Source: an uncultured Alphaproteobacteria bacterium | GTDB taxonomy: Bacteria > Pseudomonadota > Alphaproteobacteria > Paracaedibacterales > CAIOTO01 | Length of the DNA stretch: 32,640 nucleotides | Assembly: GCA_903861255.1 (NCBI GenBank) | Contig: CAIOTO010000225.1 | Coordinates: forward strand, 1-32,640 | Direction: 5' to 3' | Shown here: piece after piece, positions 24,961-32,640 of the stretch | Layout of the letters: the number at the start of each line of letters is the position of its first letter | Position numbering within the stretch: position 1 is the stretch's first letter | Program-made: the position numbers and the translations under genes | The notes under the pieces: model-generated | Database searches by the model: none | Seen by the model: only the letters and a program-made list of their open reading frames with translations | What the model was told of the DNA's origin: nothing

Positions 24961-26871
24961 ATGTCAACGTATCGTACAAGCATGATGTTATATAGCAGTG
25001 TGTTCGCCCTTAGTCTTATCGCGGCATCTGATGGTTTTTCCACAGAAAAATCAGAAGCTAGCAAAGTTGAAAAAGCTCCTGCAAAAGAAAAAAGTAGTGA
25101 ACGAGAAACTGTAAAAGCTTCAGACTCAAAAGATAAAAAAGCAACTGCTGTAAAAGAAATAGTTGCACCTCTCACTGATGCTGAAGAAGCAGCTGAGGAA
25201 GAACAAAAGAGAAAAAAGATTGAGCAAGCGCAAAGGAAATCACAGTTTGCCAACAAAATTGAAACGATTAGGGTAAAATATGCTGCGTTATTAAGTTCTA
25301 TTTCTGGAGAACCCAAAGAGATTATTGAAAAAAAATTAGCTGTTCATACTGAAAAAGTAAGGGCCGCATTGTTAGAAGCATTGAGCGATCCAAAATCGGA
25401 TGCGTTTGACAAACTTGAAAAAGGACTAAAAAGAAAAAATACGTTTATTCAAAGCAAAAAAGAATCAGTTGGCGCCGAAGATGCTGCATGGTTTAATGAT
25501 GTGCATGTCGCTGCAGAAAAACAATTAAAAAGATTAGCAAAATTAAATGTTGAATTTGAAAAAAACAAAGGAAATGCACCAGAGCAAGAGAAAACAAAAC
25601 TCATCTATGCTGATAGAATCAATAATTTCCTTGCCTCATACGATATGCTTACTGCCTGCACTCATTATCTTGCAAGCGCAAAAGCGTATTGCAATGACGC
25701 CTCTGTCAGCTTTAATAACATGAAGGTGCAATTCCCCGACTTTTCAAGCAAGGCATTTAAAGAAGCCGCCGTTCCTGGTGATATTTTAAATGGAAAGAGA
25801 GATCCATTTGCAAGCATTAAAGGGTACAAATTCTACGCAATCGGTAAAGATGAATATACAGATGGTAAATTTTCATCCCAAATCCCCGCTGATTCTGAGG
25901 ATGGACTATACATTGCAGAAGTTCAAAACAAACCAACGTATCAAATATTATTGGCTCCAGAAAATGGCGGCGTAATACTATCAAGTAAAATGGTACAAAA
26001 AGCAGGCATGGATAGACCAATATGCGTATTTTCCTCGTATGCAGCTGATGGAAAAAAAGAAACAATTTATCGTTTCAGTCTTGTTCATGAAACTGAGGAA
26101 CTCGCAGGAAAACAGCTTACTGCTCAGCTAATTCATGCGGAAAATCAACCAGCTTATGATGAACTTGCTGCTGCTAATGGTAAATTAAAGGAAGCATTAA
26201 AAGAAGCTGCTAGCAAGCCAAAGGATAAGGCGGAAAAGAAAACTGGTAAAGATGCCGATAAGAAAAAGGATAAAGATACTAAACCAAAAGCTACTGAAGA
26301 TGGTGATAAACCAGCAAAGAAAGCGCTGAATGCAGAAATTGAAGAAGCTGCAGGCAAACCAAAGGCTAAAGTAACAAAAGCTGATAAAGCAAAAAAAGCT
26401 GATAAAGCTGATGAAGTAACTGATAAGCCAAAAGCTACTGAAGATGGTGATAAACCAAAGGCTAAAGCAACAAAAGCTGATGATAAGCCAAAGGCCACTG
26501 AAGATGGTGATAAGCCAAAGGCCACTGAAGATGGTGATAAGTCAAAGGCTAAAGCAACAGAAACTGAAGATACTGCTGGCAGCAAAAAACCAAAAGCTGA
26601 TGAAGTAACTGATAAGCCAAAAGCTACTGAAGATGGTGATAAACCAAAGGCTAAAGCAACAAAAGCTGATAAAGCAAAAAAAGTTGATAAAGCTGATGAA
26701 GTAACTGATAAGCCAAAAGCTACTGAAGATGGTGATAAACCAAAGGCTAAAGCAACAAAAGCTGAAAAAACTCCTGATTCTTTGGATAAGAAACCTGAAG
26801 CAGTTGCCGAGGAGAAGCCAGAAGAGCAAAAGAAGAAAGAATCATCATTTTTTGGAAATCTCTTTGGCTAA
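24961..26871 (+). CDS. Hypothetical exported protein with Lys/Ala/Asp/Glu-rich repeat tail
   Basis: SD CAGGAG, signal-like N-terminus, central globular region, many DKPKATEDG / KAKATKAD repeats, C-terminal SFFGNLFG. Confidence 0.8.
   Translation: MSTYRTSMMLYSSVFALSLIAASDGFSTEKSEASKVEKAPAKEKSSERETVKASDSKDKKATAVKEIVAPLTDAEEAAEEEQKRKKIEQAQRKSQFANKIETIRVKYAALLSSISGEPKEIIEKKLAVHTEKVRAALLEALSDPKSDAFDKLEKGLKRKNTFIQSKKESVGAEDAAWFNDVHVAAEKQLKRLAKLNVEFEKNKGNAPEQEKTKLIYADRINNFLASYDMLTACTHYLASAKAYCNDASVSFNNMKVQFPDFSSKAFKEAAVPGDILNGKRDPFASIKGYKFYAIGKDEYTDGKFSSQIPADSEDGLYIAEVQNKPTYQILLAPENGGVILSSKMVQKAGMDRPICVFSSYAADGKKETIYRFSLVHETEELAGKQLTAQLIHAENQPAYDELAAANGKLKEALKEAASKPKDKAEKKTGKDADKKKDKDTKPKATEDGDKPAKKALNAEIEEAAGKPKAKVTKADKAKKADKADEVTDKPKATEDGDKPKAKATKADDKPKATEDGDKPKATEDGDKSKAKATETEDTAGSKKPKADEVTDKPKATEDGDKPKAKATKADKAKKVDKADEVTDKPKATEDGDKPKAKATKAEKTPDSLDKKPEAVAEEKPEEQKKKESSFFGNLFG
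26275..26765 (+). repeat. Intragenic modular repeat region including three identical 77-bp blocks
   Basis: aaagctgatgaagtaactgataagcc...gcaacaaaagctga at 26404-26480, 26593-26669 and 26689-26765, plus 27-bp DKPKATEDG units. Confidence 0.92.
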
Positions 26872-26929
26872 AAAGATAAGGACGAAACTTCCGCTAAAAG
26901 TTAATCTTCTAAAAATAACACTTCAACTG

Positions 26930-26961
26930 CCCCCCCCCCTCAAACGAGGCGGGGGTTTTTT
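26930..26961 (+). terminator. Rho-independent terminator
   Basis: C-run-TC/AAAC/GAGGCGGGGG stem-loop followed by TTTTTT. Confidence 0.7.
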
Positions 26962-26993
26962 GTTATAATAGGTATTTTTTGCACTCACTCCTT

Positions 26994-27063
26994 TAGTTTT
27001 CCTCCGACTTAATCGGAGGATCCACAAATACATGGACCCTGTGGTTAAACCATCGAGAAACTA
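26994..27063. repeat. Palindromic element family C, copy 2
   Basis: tagttttcctccgacttaatcggaggatcca...tggaccctgtggttaaaccatcgagaaacta; same architecture as 13721-13803. Confidence 0.75.
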
Positions 27064-27079
27064 GATAGAAACAGGGAAG

Positions 27080-27979
27080 CTAGAGGAAGGATTGCAATGC
27101 ATCCCACACAACATCCACTGATAATTCCACCAAATCATTCGTATAAACATTTTTGTGCCGCACCTCATCCCACGGCCACGCGCCGCCTTTGCTGGGTGGG
27201 TTAACGGCACTAAACAATGTCACCGTCGGACAACCCGCTGCGGCAATAATCAATTGCGGTCCTGTATCATTGCCAACTGCACCAACGGCATTTTGCGCGA
27301 TCGTAATCAATTGAAACAACGTCGTTCTGCCAATTAGATTTACCGCGCCAGTGTTCGCGCAGAGTGCCTCAAGTTCAAACAAACTGTCAATTTTCGACCC
27401 AACAAGAACAGGTGTAATTCCAGCATTAATCAATTGTTTGCACAAATCACCATACGCGGACTGCGGCCAACGTTTACGGCCATTGTGTGCATTCGACGCC
27501 CCAGCTGCGATCAGCACATAAGGCTTCTTAGGCAATGCATCAAACGGTTCAGCCATCATTTGAATATCAATTGGCGGCAATGTTGGCCAAGATTGGGCAG
27601 CGCACAAAGCCGTAAATCGTGCGTGGGGGTGCGCACTCTTTTGCATATATGGATCAGTAATCCACTGCCCAAAACGACCCACCAATAAAAACCTATACAA
27701 ACGTGTACGATCGACATTTTGCAAATCAACAATGCGCGCAAAATAGTTTTTTCGAAGTCGCTGCAGTACACTAAGGTTCGCTTTTAAAGACGCGCGGTCA
27801 TCGCAAATAATGTTTTTGAAATACCCAGATCGTTGCGCAAATTCAGCAAACGATGCCGTGGTTAGCAGTGTTAAGTTGTCACCATATTGCCGGCGGAGCA
27901 CATCGAACATAGGAATTGACTGCACCATATCACCGAGTGCGCCGAGCTTTATGACTAGTGTCGGGTGATTAGATAACAT
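27080..27979 (-). CDS. Glycosyltransferase family 9 (heptosyltransferase-like, LPS core)
   Basis: LVIKLGALGDMV, IVDLQ, KRWP, VNLIGRTTL, VGNDTGP motifs. Confidence 0.92.
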   Translation of the reverse strand: MLSNHPTLVIKLGALGDMVQSIPMFDVLRRQYGDNLTLLTTASFAEFAQRSGYFKNIICDDRASLKANLSVLQRLRKNYFARIVDLQNVDRTRLYRFLLVGRFGQWITDPYMQKSAHPHARFTALCAAQSWPTLPPIDIQMMAEPFDALPKKPYVLIAAGASNAHNGRKRWPQSAYGDLCKQLINAGITPVLVGSKIDSLFELEALCANTGAVNLIGRTTLFQLITIAQNAVGAVGNDTGPQLIIAAAGCPTVTLFSAVNPPSKGGAWPWDEVRHKNVYTNDLVELSVDVVWDALQSFL

Positions 27980-28084
27980 TATACACTCGCTTTGTCATCC
28001 TCTTCTTCATGGCAAGCCTTCCAAAGGCGTCGCCATTCAGGCTTTTTTTGCCACCTCGCATATCTTTGTCATCCTCGCTTCCTT

Positions 28085-28226
28085 TGTCATCCCCGCGCAG
28101 GCGGGGATCCAGCTTACCAAACACAGAATATCGAGCCATTTTACAAAACACTTTTCTAGATTCCCGCCTTCGCGGGAATGACAGGAGATGAGTCGGAAAT
28201 GACAGGTGGTGAGGCGGGAATGACAG
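28085..28226. repeat. Palindromic element family B, copy 3, with reiterated ends overlapping the GT4 3' end
   Basis: tgtcatccccgcgcaggcggggatccag...ctagattcccgccttcgcgggaatgaca (28085-28183), then ggaaatgacag and gcgggaatgacag; left-end fragments tttgtcatcctc near 27991 and 28066. Confidence 0.9.
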
Positions 28227-29379
28227 AGGGCAACACAGACTCATACAGCTCTTGCGTCAACCGCAACATCTGATCCAATGAATAATTCGCTTGAATATGC
28301 GCCCGTGCCAACGCACCACGTTTAGTCAAAACTTCCGGTTTTTGATTTAACGTACGCTCAATCTCTGCCAATAAAGCGGCATCATCGCCAGGTGTTACCA
28401 TTGATCCAAATCGCCCTTCGCCAGTCAACTCAACCGTGCCGCCATGACGTGTTCCAATAAATGGCCTTCCCATCGACAATGCTTCGGCTGCAATGCGACC
28501 AAAGGCTTCTGGCTCAATCGAGCACGAAAACACAATATCCGCCAAGGCATAGGCTGCTGGTAAATCCGTGCAATCCGTTTTGAATCGTACAGGCACACCC
28601 CCTACGATCAAGTCATCCGCCAACTGAAGCAGTTCCTCGTAATAATCGACTCGTCCTTGCGCATCCCCCACAATCACAACACAAACATTACGTGATTTCA
28701 GCCAATCTGCACGATAGCGCAGAGCATTTAAAAACCATGTTTGCCCTTTCCAACGCGTCAAGCGACCGGGCAACAATAAAACAGTCGAACCAGTGGGCAC
28801 ATCAAATTCGTGCCTTACCGCATCGATACGATTTTGCGTCATCAACGCTGGATCAAAATAGCTTGTGTCTATCCCCTCGGGTATAAACGTAAGCTTTGAT
28901 GTCAATGTAGGGTGCTTTTTCTCAATATGATTTAAAATAAACCGTGAGATTGCTATAACGCGATCCCCGCGTGCCATAATGCTATTATAATGCATTTTTA
29001 GCCAGGACGCCCCGTTATAGGTGCCATGATACGTGGTGACGAACGGGATCTTTGCGCATCTACACGCTATCAGCGCTGACCACGCAGGTGCGCGCGACCT
29101 GGCATGTGCTACGGAAATACCCTTGCGTTTAATAAGGTTATAAAGGCGCCTAGCATTGAGAAGCAACGTGAATGGATTTTTCGTTTTGAGCGGCAGTTGA
29201 TGATGCGTAATATTAATAGGCAATTGCCCAGCATAACGCCCACCAGCGGATGCCACATGATGCTGTCCAAAGTGCTTATTCGCCAGGCCTGTTACTGTTT
29301 CAAAAGTCACCCGTTCAACACCACCTGCATCAAACGAGGGCAGAATTTGCAAGATAGGCTGCGTTGCTTTGGATATCAT
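28156..29379 (-). CDS. Glycosyltransferase family 4 (GT-B, LPS-related)
   Basis: GGVER, HARSRAPAW, VTTYHG, LPGRLTRWKGQ, EPEAFGRIAAEALSMG (ExFG-x4-E). Confidence 0.93.
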   Translation of the reverse strand: MISKATQPILQILPSFDAGGVERVTFETVTGLANKHFGQHHVASAGGRYAGQLPINITHHQLPLKTKNPFTLLLNARRLYNLIKRKGISVAHARSRAPAWSALIACRCAKIPFVTTYHGTYNGASWLKMHYNSIMARGDRVIAISRFILNHIEKKHPTLTSKLTFIPEGIDTSYFDPALMTQNRIDAVRHEFDVPTGSTVLLLPGRLTRWKGQTWFLNALRYRADWLKSRNVCVVIVGDAQGRVDYYEELLQLADDLIVGGVPVRFKTDCTDLPAAYALADIVFSCSIEPEAFGRIAAEALSMGRPFIGTRHGGTVELTGEGRFGSMVTPGDDAALLAEIERTLNQKPEVLTKRGALARAHIQANYSLDQMLRLTQELYESVLPSVIPASPPVISDSSPVIPAKAGI

Positions 29380-29473
29380 GTGTCACCTTTGCTTTGACCC
29401 ACAGTTAGGTTGACCAAAGAATATCGTATTTGTAAGTTTTCTACAACGTCCTTACATTCTTACATTTTTAAGT

Positions 29474-30352
29474 TTAAGGATTGCAGAATTCACAACTCCC
29501 TGGATCCGCATACAGCAATCCATGTGGAGACTTATGCATTTCTTCATACGAGCATTTCGCACAGCTAAAAATTTCATGGCTCGTCATCTTTGTTTCTGAT
29601 TTGCACCATTGACAAGGCAAGCCAGATTCCGCACGCACTTTACCCCACCCCGGGGTGTCGCATGTTGGGCAATGCGCTGCAAGTCTATCCACCAGCTTTT
29701 CTGCCAGCTCATTAATCACGGCCATTCTGGATGGATTGAATTGTGCGCGCATATCGGTTTCTACCCATACGTTTCCCTTAGCCGACTGTTTCATGCATTC
29801 TTCAAATGCTTTCTCTAATTCCTGCTGGCAATTGATGCCCTTAAATATTGGCGTTTTTGTTTCGCTGCCGCTTGGGCGCAGGATCAATGCATGCGATGGA
29901 AATTGCACCGCATCCGCAAATTTCAATAATTCTTCCAACGAATTGATCGATTCTTTTCGGTAGTTTGTTTTTTCGCTAACATGCGAGACATGCAGATGAA
30001 AATCGTGTCTTCGATCAATAAAATACAAAATTTCATGATCACATGGTAGGAATGGAATAAATGGATGCGGTCCAAAGCTACCCTCACTCGCCAAAGCAAA
30101 CTCAACCGTATCGCCAAGCTGATCAAATGCCAAGTCACACTTTTCTCGGGCGCATTCAATGGCATTTCCACGGCGGTCAACCTCGCCAGAAAACGTACCA
30201 AGCTGATCGGTATCAACTACATATTCCAACACGCCTGCATTTAACTTTTCAAAAAACGGCGGGGCTATCGCAATCGACTTGGCATGCTTAGTGGTCAGCA
30301 CGATGCACTTTCCAGCATAGGCAGACCGGGGTATTAATGAATGCTTTGCCAT
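29474..30352 (-). CDS. DUF6671-like protein with C-terminal multi-CxxC zinc-ribbon
   Basis: TKHAK, DTDQLGTFSGEV, ASEGSFGPHP, FPSHAL, ETDMRA-x2-NPSRM, CPTC/CQWC/CAKC/CEFCNP; overlaps the dabA stop by 19 nt. Confidence 0.75.
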   Translation of the reverse strand: MAKHSLIPRSAYAGKCIVLTTKHAKSIAIAPPFFEKLNAGVLEYVVDTDQLGTFSGEVDRRGNAIECAREKCDLAFDQLGDTVEFALASEGSFGPHPFIPFLPCDHEILYFIDRRHDFHLHVSHVSEKTNYRKESINSLEELLKFADAVQFPSHALILRPSGSETKTPIFKGINCQQELEKAFEECMKQSAKGNVWVETDMRAQFNPSRMAVINELAEKLVDRLAAHCPTCDTPGWGKVRAESGLPCQWCKSETKMTSHEIFSCAKCSYEEMHKSPHGLLYADPGSCEFCNP

Positions 30353-32535
30353 GTGAAATCTCTATCCAACAAATAGGTTTTTCGCGTATTAGGTTCAATA
30401 CAAGCCAGTTTCACCCAACCATTGCCAAAAAGTTTTTGCAAAACTGGCTGCGCATTGATAAATGAATCAAGCATATCCATCGGCGCATAGACAACTGTCA
30501 TTAATCTTAGTGTCTGATGATAAGCCTCAGTATCGCTGCTATAGACAGATTGCAATGGCAAACCCGTCATCAGATCACTTGCATTGCCTTGCATAATTCC
30601 CATTTTGCCCGTTATGTTTTTGGTAATTTTACTACCGCTACCATAGGCAACATTATTCATCGTTGAAAAGAGATACTGCGTGTTTATCCACTGCGCCACA
30701 ACCATAGGTGCTGTTAAAATTGTTGTCAGTGACGTGCCTTCAGGATCGTTTGCGCAATCATATGAATGCAGAAAACAACGTCCTTCTAAGTCAAGCGAGG
30801 CTGTGATGTCACGCGGCCCCACAATAAAGGCAGCATTGCCTGCCAATCCCCATTCAGGGCGAACTTGTGCCCAATCTTGTGATCGCAATCTGGTCTTTGA
30901 CGCAGCCTTGGTTTCAGCGATTCCCTTTTGCATCTTATCAAGTCGTGTTGCGCTGTTCGTGATCCGCGCTTTCTCTAGATTTCTTTTAAGCTTTTGCATA
31001 TCAGAGCAATCGTGATGTCCGTAGATATTCATTTCATCTGTCGTGGTATTATGTTCAGCCGCAATAAAGCGCGTTGTTTCGGGAATATCAATAGCAGCTC
31101 CTTTAAGATGCGCTCTAACCTTTGAACAATTTAAGATTGCCGCGAGTATTTTCGCATTGCTGCCCCCGTGCCTGCCACCACAGGCTCCGCAATCAAGTGC
31201 TGTCGCATACGCATTATTTTGTGTCGTACTTCCATGTCCACATAACACAATAATAGGGGAAAAATGGTGTGTTAATCCCATCATGGTAAGCACATTTTGT
31301 GCGTAACTACATTGTTCAGCAAGCGTAGTGTCGTCCAGTGAGGGCACAACGTCATACGATTTTCGTATGGTTTCAGTCACAGTTGTTTTTAGTAGGGATG
31401 CAAGTTTTGGTGAAAAACTGCGCAGCCCCATCCACACCCCACTTGCAAATCCAAACGATTCTACCAATGCGAAAGGCGTTGTGAAGTTGTATTTTAGGGA
31501 TTGATACAGTCTTTTGAACCCGGCAAGGCGTTCGTGTTCTTTCAAAGCATGCTCACACTTTTTATGATCACACGGGGACTCTTTAACTTCATGTTTGGGT
31601 GACAGCAAAACAGGACAAGACGCATACGATTCGCCCTTTACTGTATCTGTAATTTGAACAGGTATGCCAAAAAAACCTGCAAAACCAAAGGTTTGATAAT
31701 CATCTGTTGATTCTAAGGCTTTGCGAAAAGGTTCAGAACGCACATCGATGCAAAATACAAGCTGTGCCTTTGGCGTATGCGGAACGTGACATGTTTGAGC
31801 AGCTAATTTTTCAAGCAAGGGCAGATGATAAGGGTCTTCAAGTGTTGTTATCTTTTCAAGCGCACAAGGTGTTGCTTTAGATTTTTCCAAAGCACTTTCA
31901 TGCCACGCAAGTAATTCCTTAGATTCAGGCCATAGCAGCGTGGTGATAATAAGCCTAACTGCAAGATAATCTGCCTGGCTCACAGGGGAATGGTTCGCAT
32001 CCCCGCCTGCCCATTCAGTACGATATTTGACGTGTGCAGCCCACCCCGGAAGCGTGGTTAGCATCAATGTCAAGAATTGCGCATGATCTTTCTTGGCTAT
32101 ACCAAGACGTAACAGACATGTTGAAATGGCTTGCTCAGCTACTTGAGGCAAAGCGTTCAGCCAATTGATCTTTTGTTCATCGTTGTTATGCAATTTTGAA
32201 TCATAAACAACAAGTTGGCGCCAAGCTGCATACAGCCCCAACTCTTTAAGTGGCATAGAGATGCTTGCTTGACCATCATCAAACAAAACCTGCAGCCATT
32301 TAATCGTTTCACGATTCACATCCTCCATTTTCCCTGGAAGTTCAGCTTGTTCAAAATAGGCTGCGCCAATGTTAAGGGCATCTTCTATGGGCAAATCTTC
32401 CAATCCTTGCAGGGGATTTACCGCAATTAGGTTTTTAAGCGGCCAAAAGGGCGCAATCCTTTTGAAACTTTCGCTTATCCTATTTGACGCTTCTGTTGCT
32501 TCATTGTTTTGCATTGTTATTTTCTGTTTATGCAT
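30334..32535 (-). CDS. dabA: DUF2309/UPF0753 inorganic carbon transporter subunit DabA (beta-carbonic-anhydrase-like)
   Basis: IAPFWPL..AVNP, FCIDVRSE, GFAGFFG, GHGS, LDCGACGG, HNTTTD, DWAQVRPEWGLAGNA, FLHSYD, YGSGSK; start 32535 has AGGA 7 nt upstream. Confidence 0.93.
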   Translation of the reverse strand: MHKQKITMQNNEATEASNRISESFKRIAPFWPLKNLIAVNPLQGLEDLPIEDALNIGAAYFEQAELPGKMEDVNRETIKWLQVLFDDGQASISMPLKELGLYAAWRQLVVYDSKLHNNDEQKINWLNALPQVAEQAISTCLLRLGIAKKDHAQFLTLMLTTLPGWAAHVKYRTEWAGGDANHSPVSQADYLAVRLIITTLLWPESKELLAWHESALEKSKATPCALEKITTLEDPYHLPLLEKLAAQTCHVPHTPKAQLVFCIDVRSEPFRKALESTDDYQTFGFAGFFGIPVQITDTVKGESYASCPVLLSPKHEVKESPCDHKKCEHALKEHERLAGFKRLYQSLKYNFTTPFALVESFGFASGVWMGLRSFSPKLASLLKTTVTETIRKSYDVVPSLDDTTLAEQCSYAQNVLTMMGLTHHFSPIIVLCGHGSTTQNNAYATALDCGACGGRHGGSNAKILAAILNCSKVRAHLKGAAIDIPETTRFIAAEHNTTTDEMNIYGHHDCSDMQKLKRNLEKARITNSATRLDKMQKGIAETKAASKTRLRSQDWAQVRPEWGLAGNAAFIVGPRDITASLDLEGRCFLHSYDCANDPEGTSLTTILTAPMVVAQWINTQYLFSTMNNVAYGSGSKITKNITGKMGIMQGNASDLMTGLPLQSVYSSDTEAYHQTLRLMTVVYAPMDMLDSFINAQPVLQKLFGNGWVKLACIEPNTRKTYLLDRDFTWQSIH

Positions 32536-32613
32536 AAATTTTCCTATCAAAATACGTATCATTCTCAGATCCACTATTGCCATTAATGTGCTAGTGATGT
32601 TTCATCACCAATC

Positions 32614-32640
32614 TGTCATCCCCGCGAAGGCGGGGATCCA
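32614..32640. repeat. Palindromic element family B, copy 4 (left arm, cut by window end)
   Basis: tgtcatccccgcgaaggcggggatcca. Confidence 0.85.

Noticed and set aside
26154-26829. Hydrophobic minus-strand ORFs (143 and 95 aa)
   Set aside because: Antisense translations of the Lys/Asp/Ala repeat region.
27969-28244. 91-aa and 60-aa ORFs between the glycosyltransferases
   Set aside because: Composed of repeat-derived peptides (SFPRRRES, DPRLRGDD, DSRLRGND); artefacts of the family B element.
32536-32583. N-terminal 16 codons of the longest dabA ORF
   Set aside because: The SD-supported start is at 32535; the extension shows no family-like sequence.
1-32640. Other short ORFs nested in or antisense to long genes; tRNA, rRNA, integrase or transposase genes
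   Set aside because: The nested ORFs lack motifs and overlap well-supported CDSs; no RNA-gene or recombinase signatures were recognised by eye.

Overview
AT-rich bacterial chromosome segment. Gene content (rlmE-cvpA, fabD, thrS, rimM, ccmB, a GT4-GT9 pair, an orphan tssK, many signal-peptide ORFans with eukaryote-like domains, TTAA-N7-TTAA boxes, RPE-like palindromes) points to an alphaproteobacterial endosymbiont of protists, plausibly Holosporales-like (inference, not verified). Housekeeping genes are scattered out of their usual operons and interleaved with putative exported effectors: an F-box/LRR protein, a NUDT9-like Nudix hydrolase, a 2OG-Fe(II) oxygenase, a 7-module Cys-repeat protein and several ORFans; three share an AM[ED] signal-peptide junction. 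Also present: an atpG 3' end not followed by atpD, a hipBST-type toxin-antitoxin locus inactivated by an internal deletion, a SNF2 helicase-SWIM pair, an N-domain-only rimM duplicate, three tandem DUF2628 paralogs, a gene split by one in-frame TAA, a dabA-DUF6671 inorganic-carbon-uptake pair, and about nine copies of three palindromic repeat families, one translated as the C-terminus of a glycosyltransferase. No rRNA, tRNA, CRISPR array or transposase was seen. All family assignments are by motif recognition only; no database search was run.
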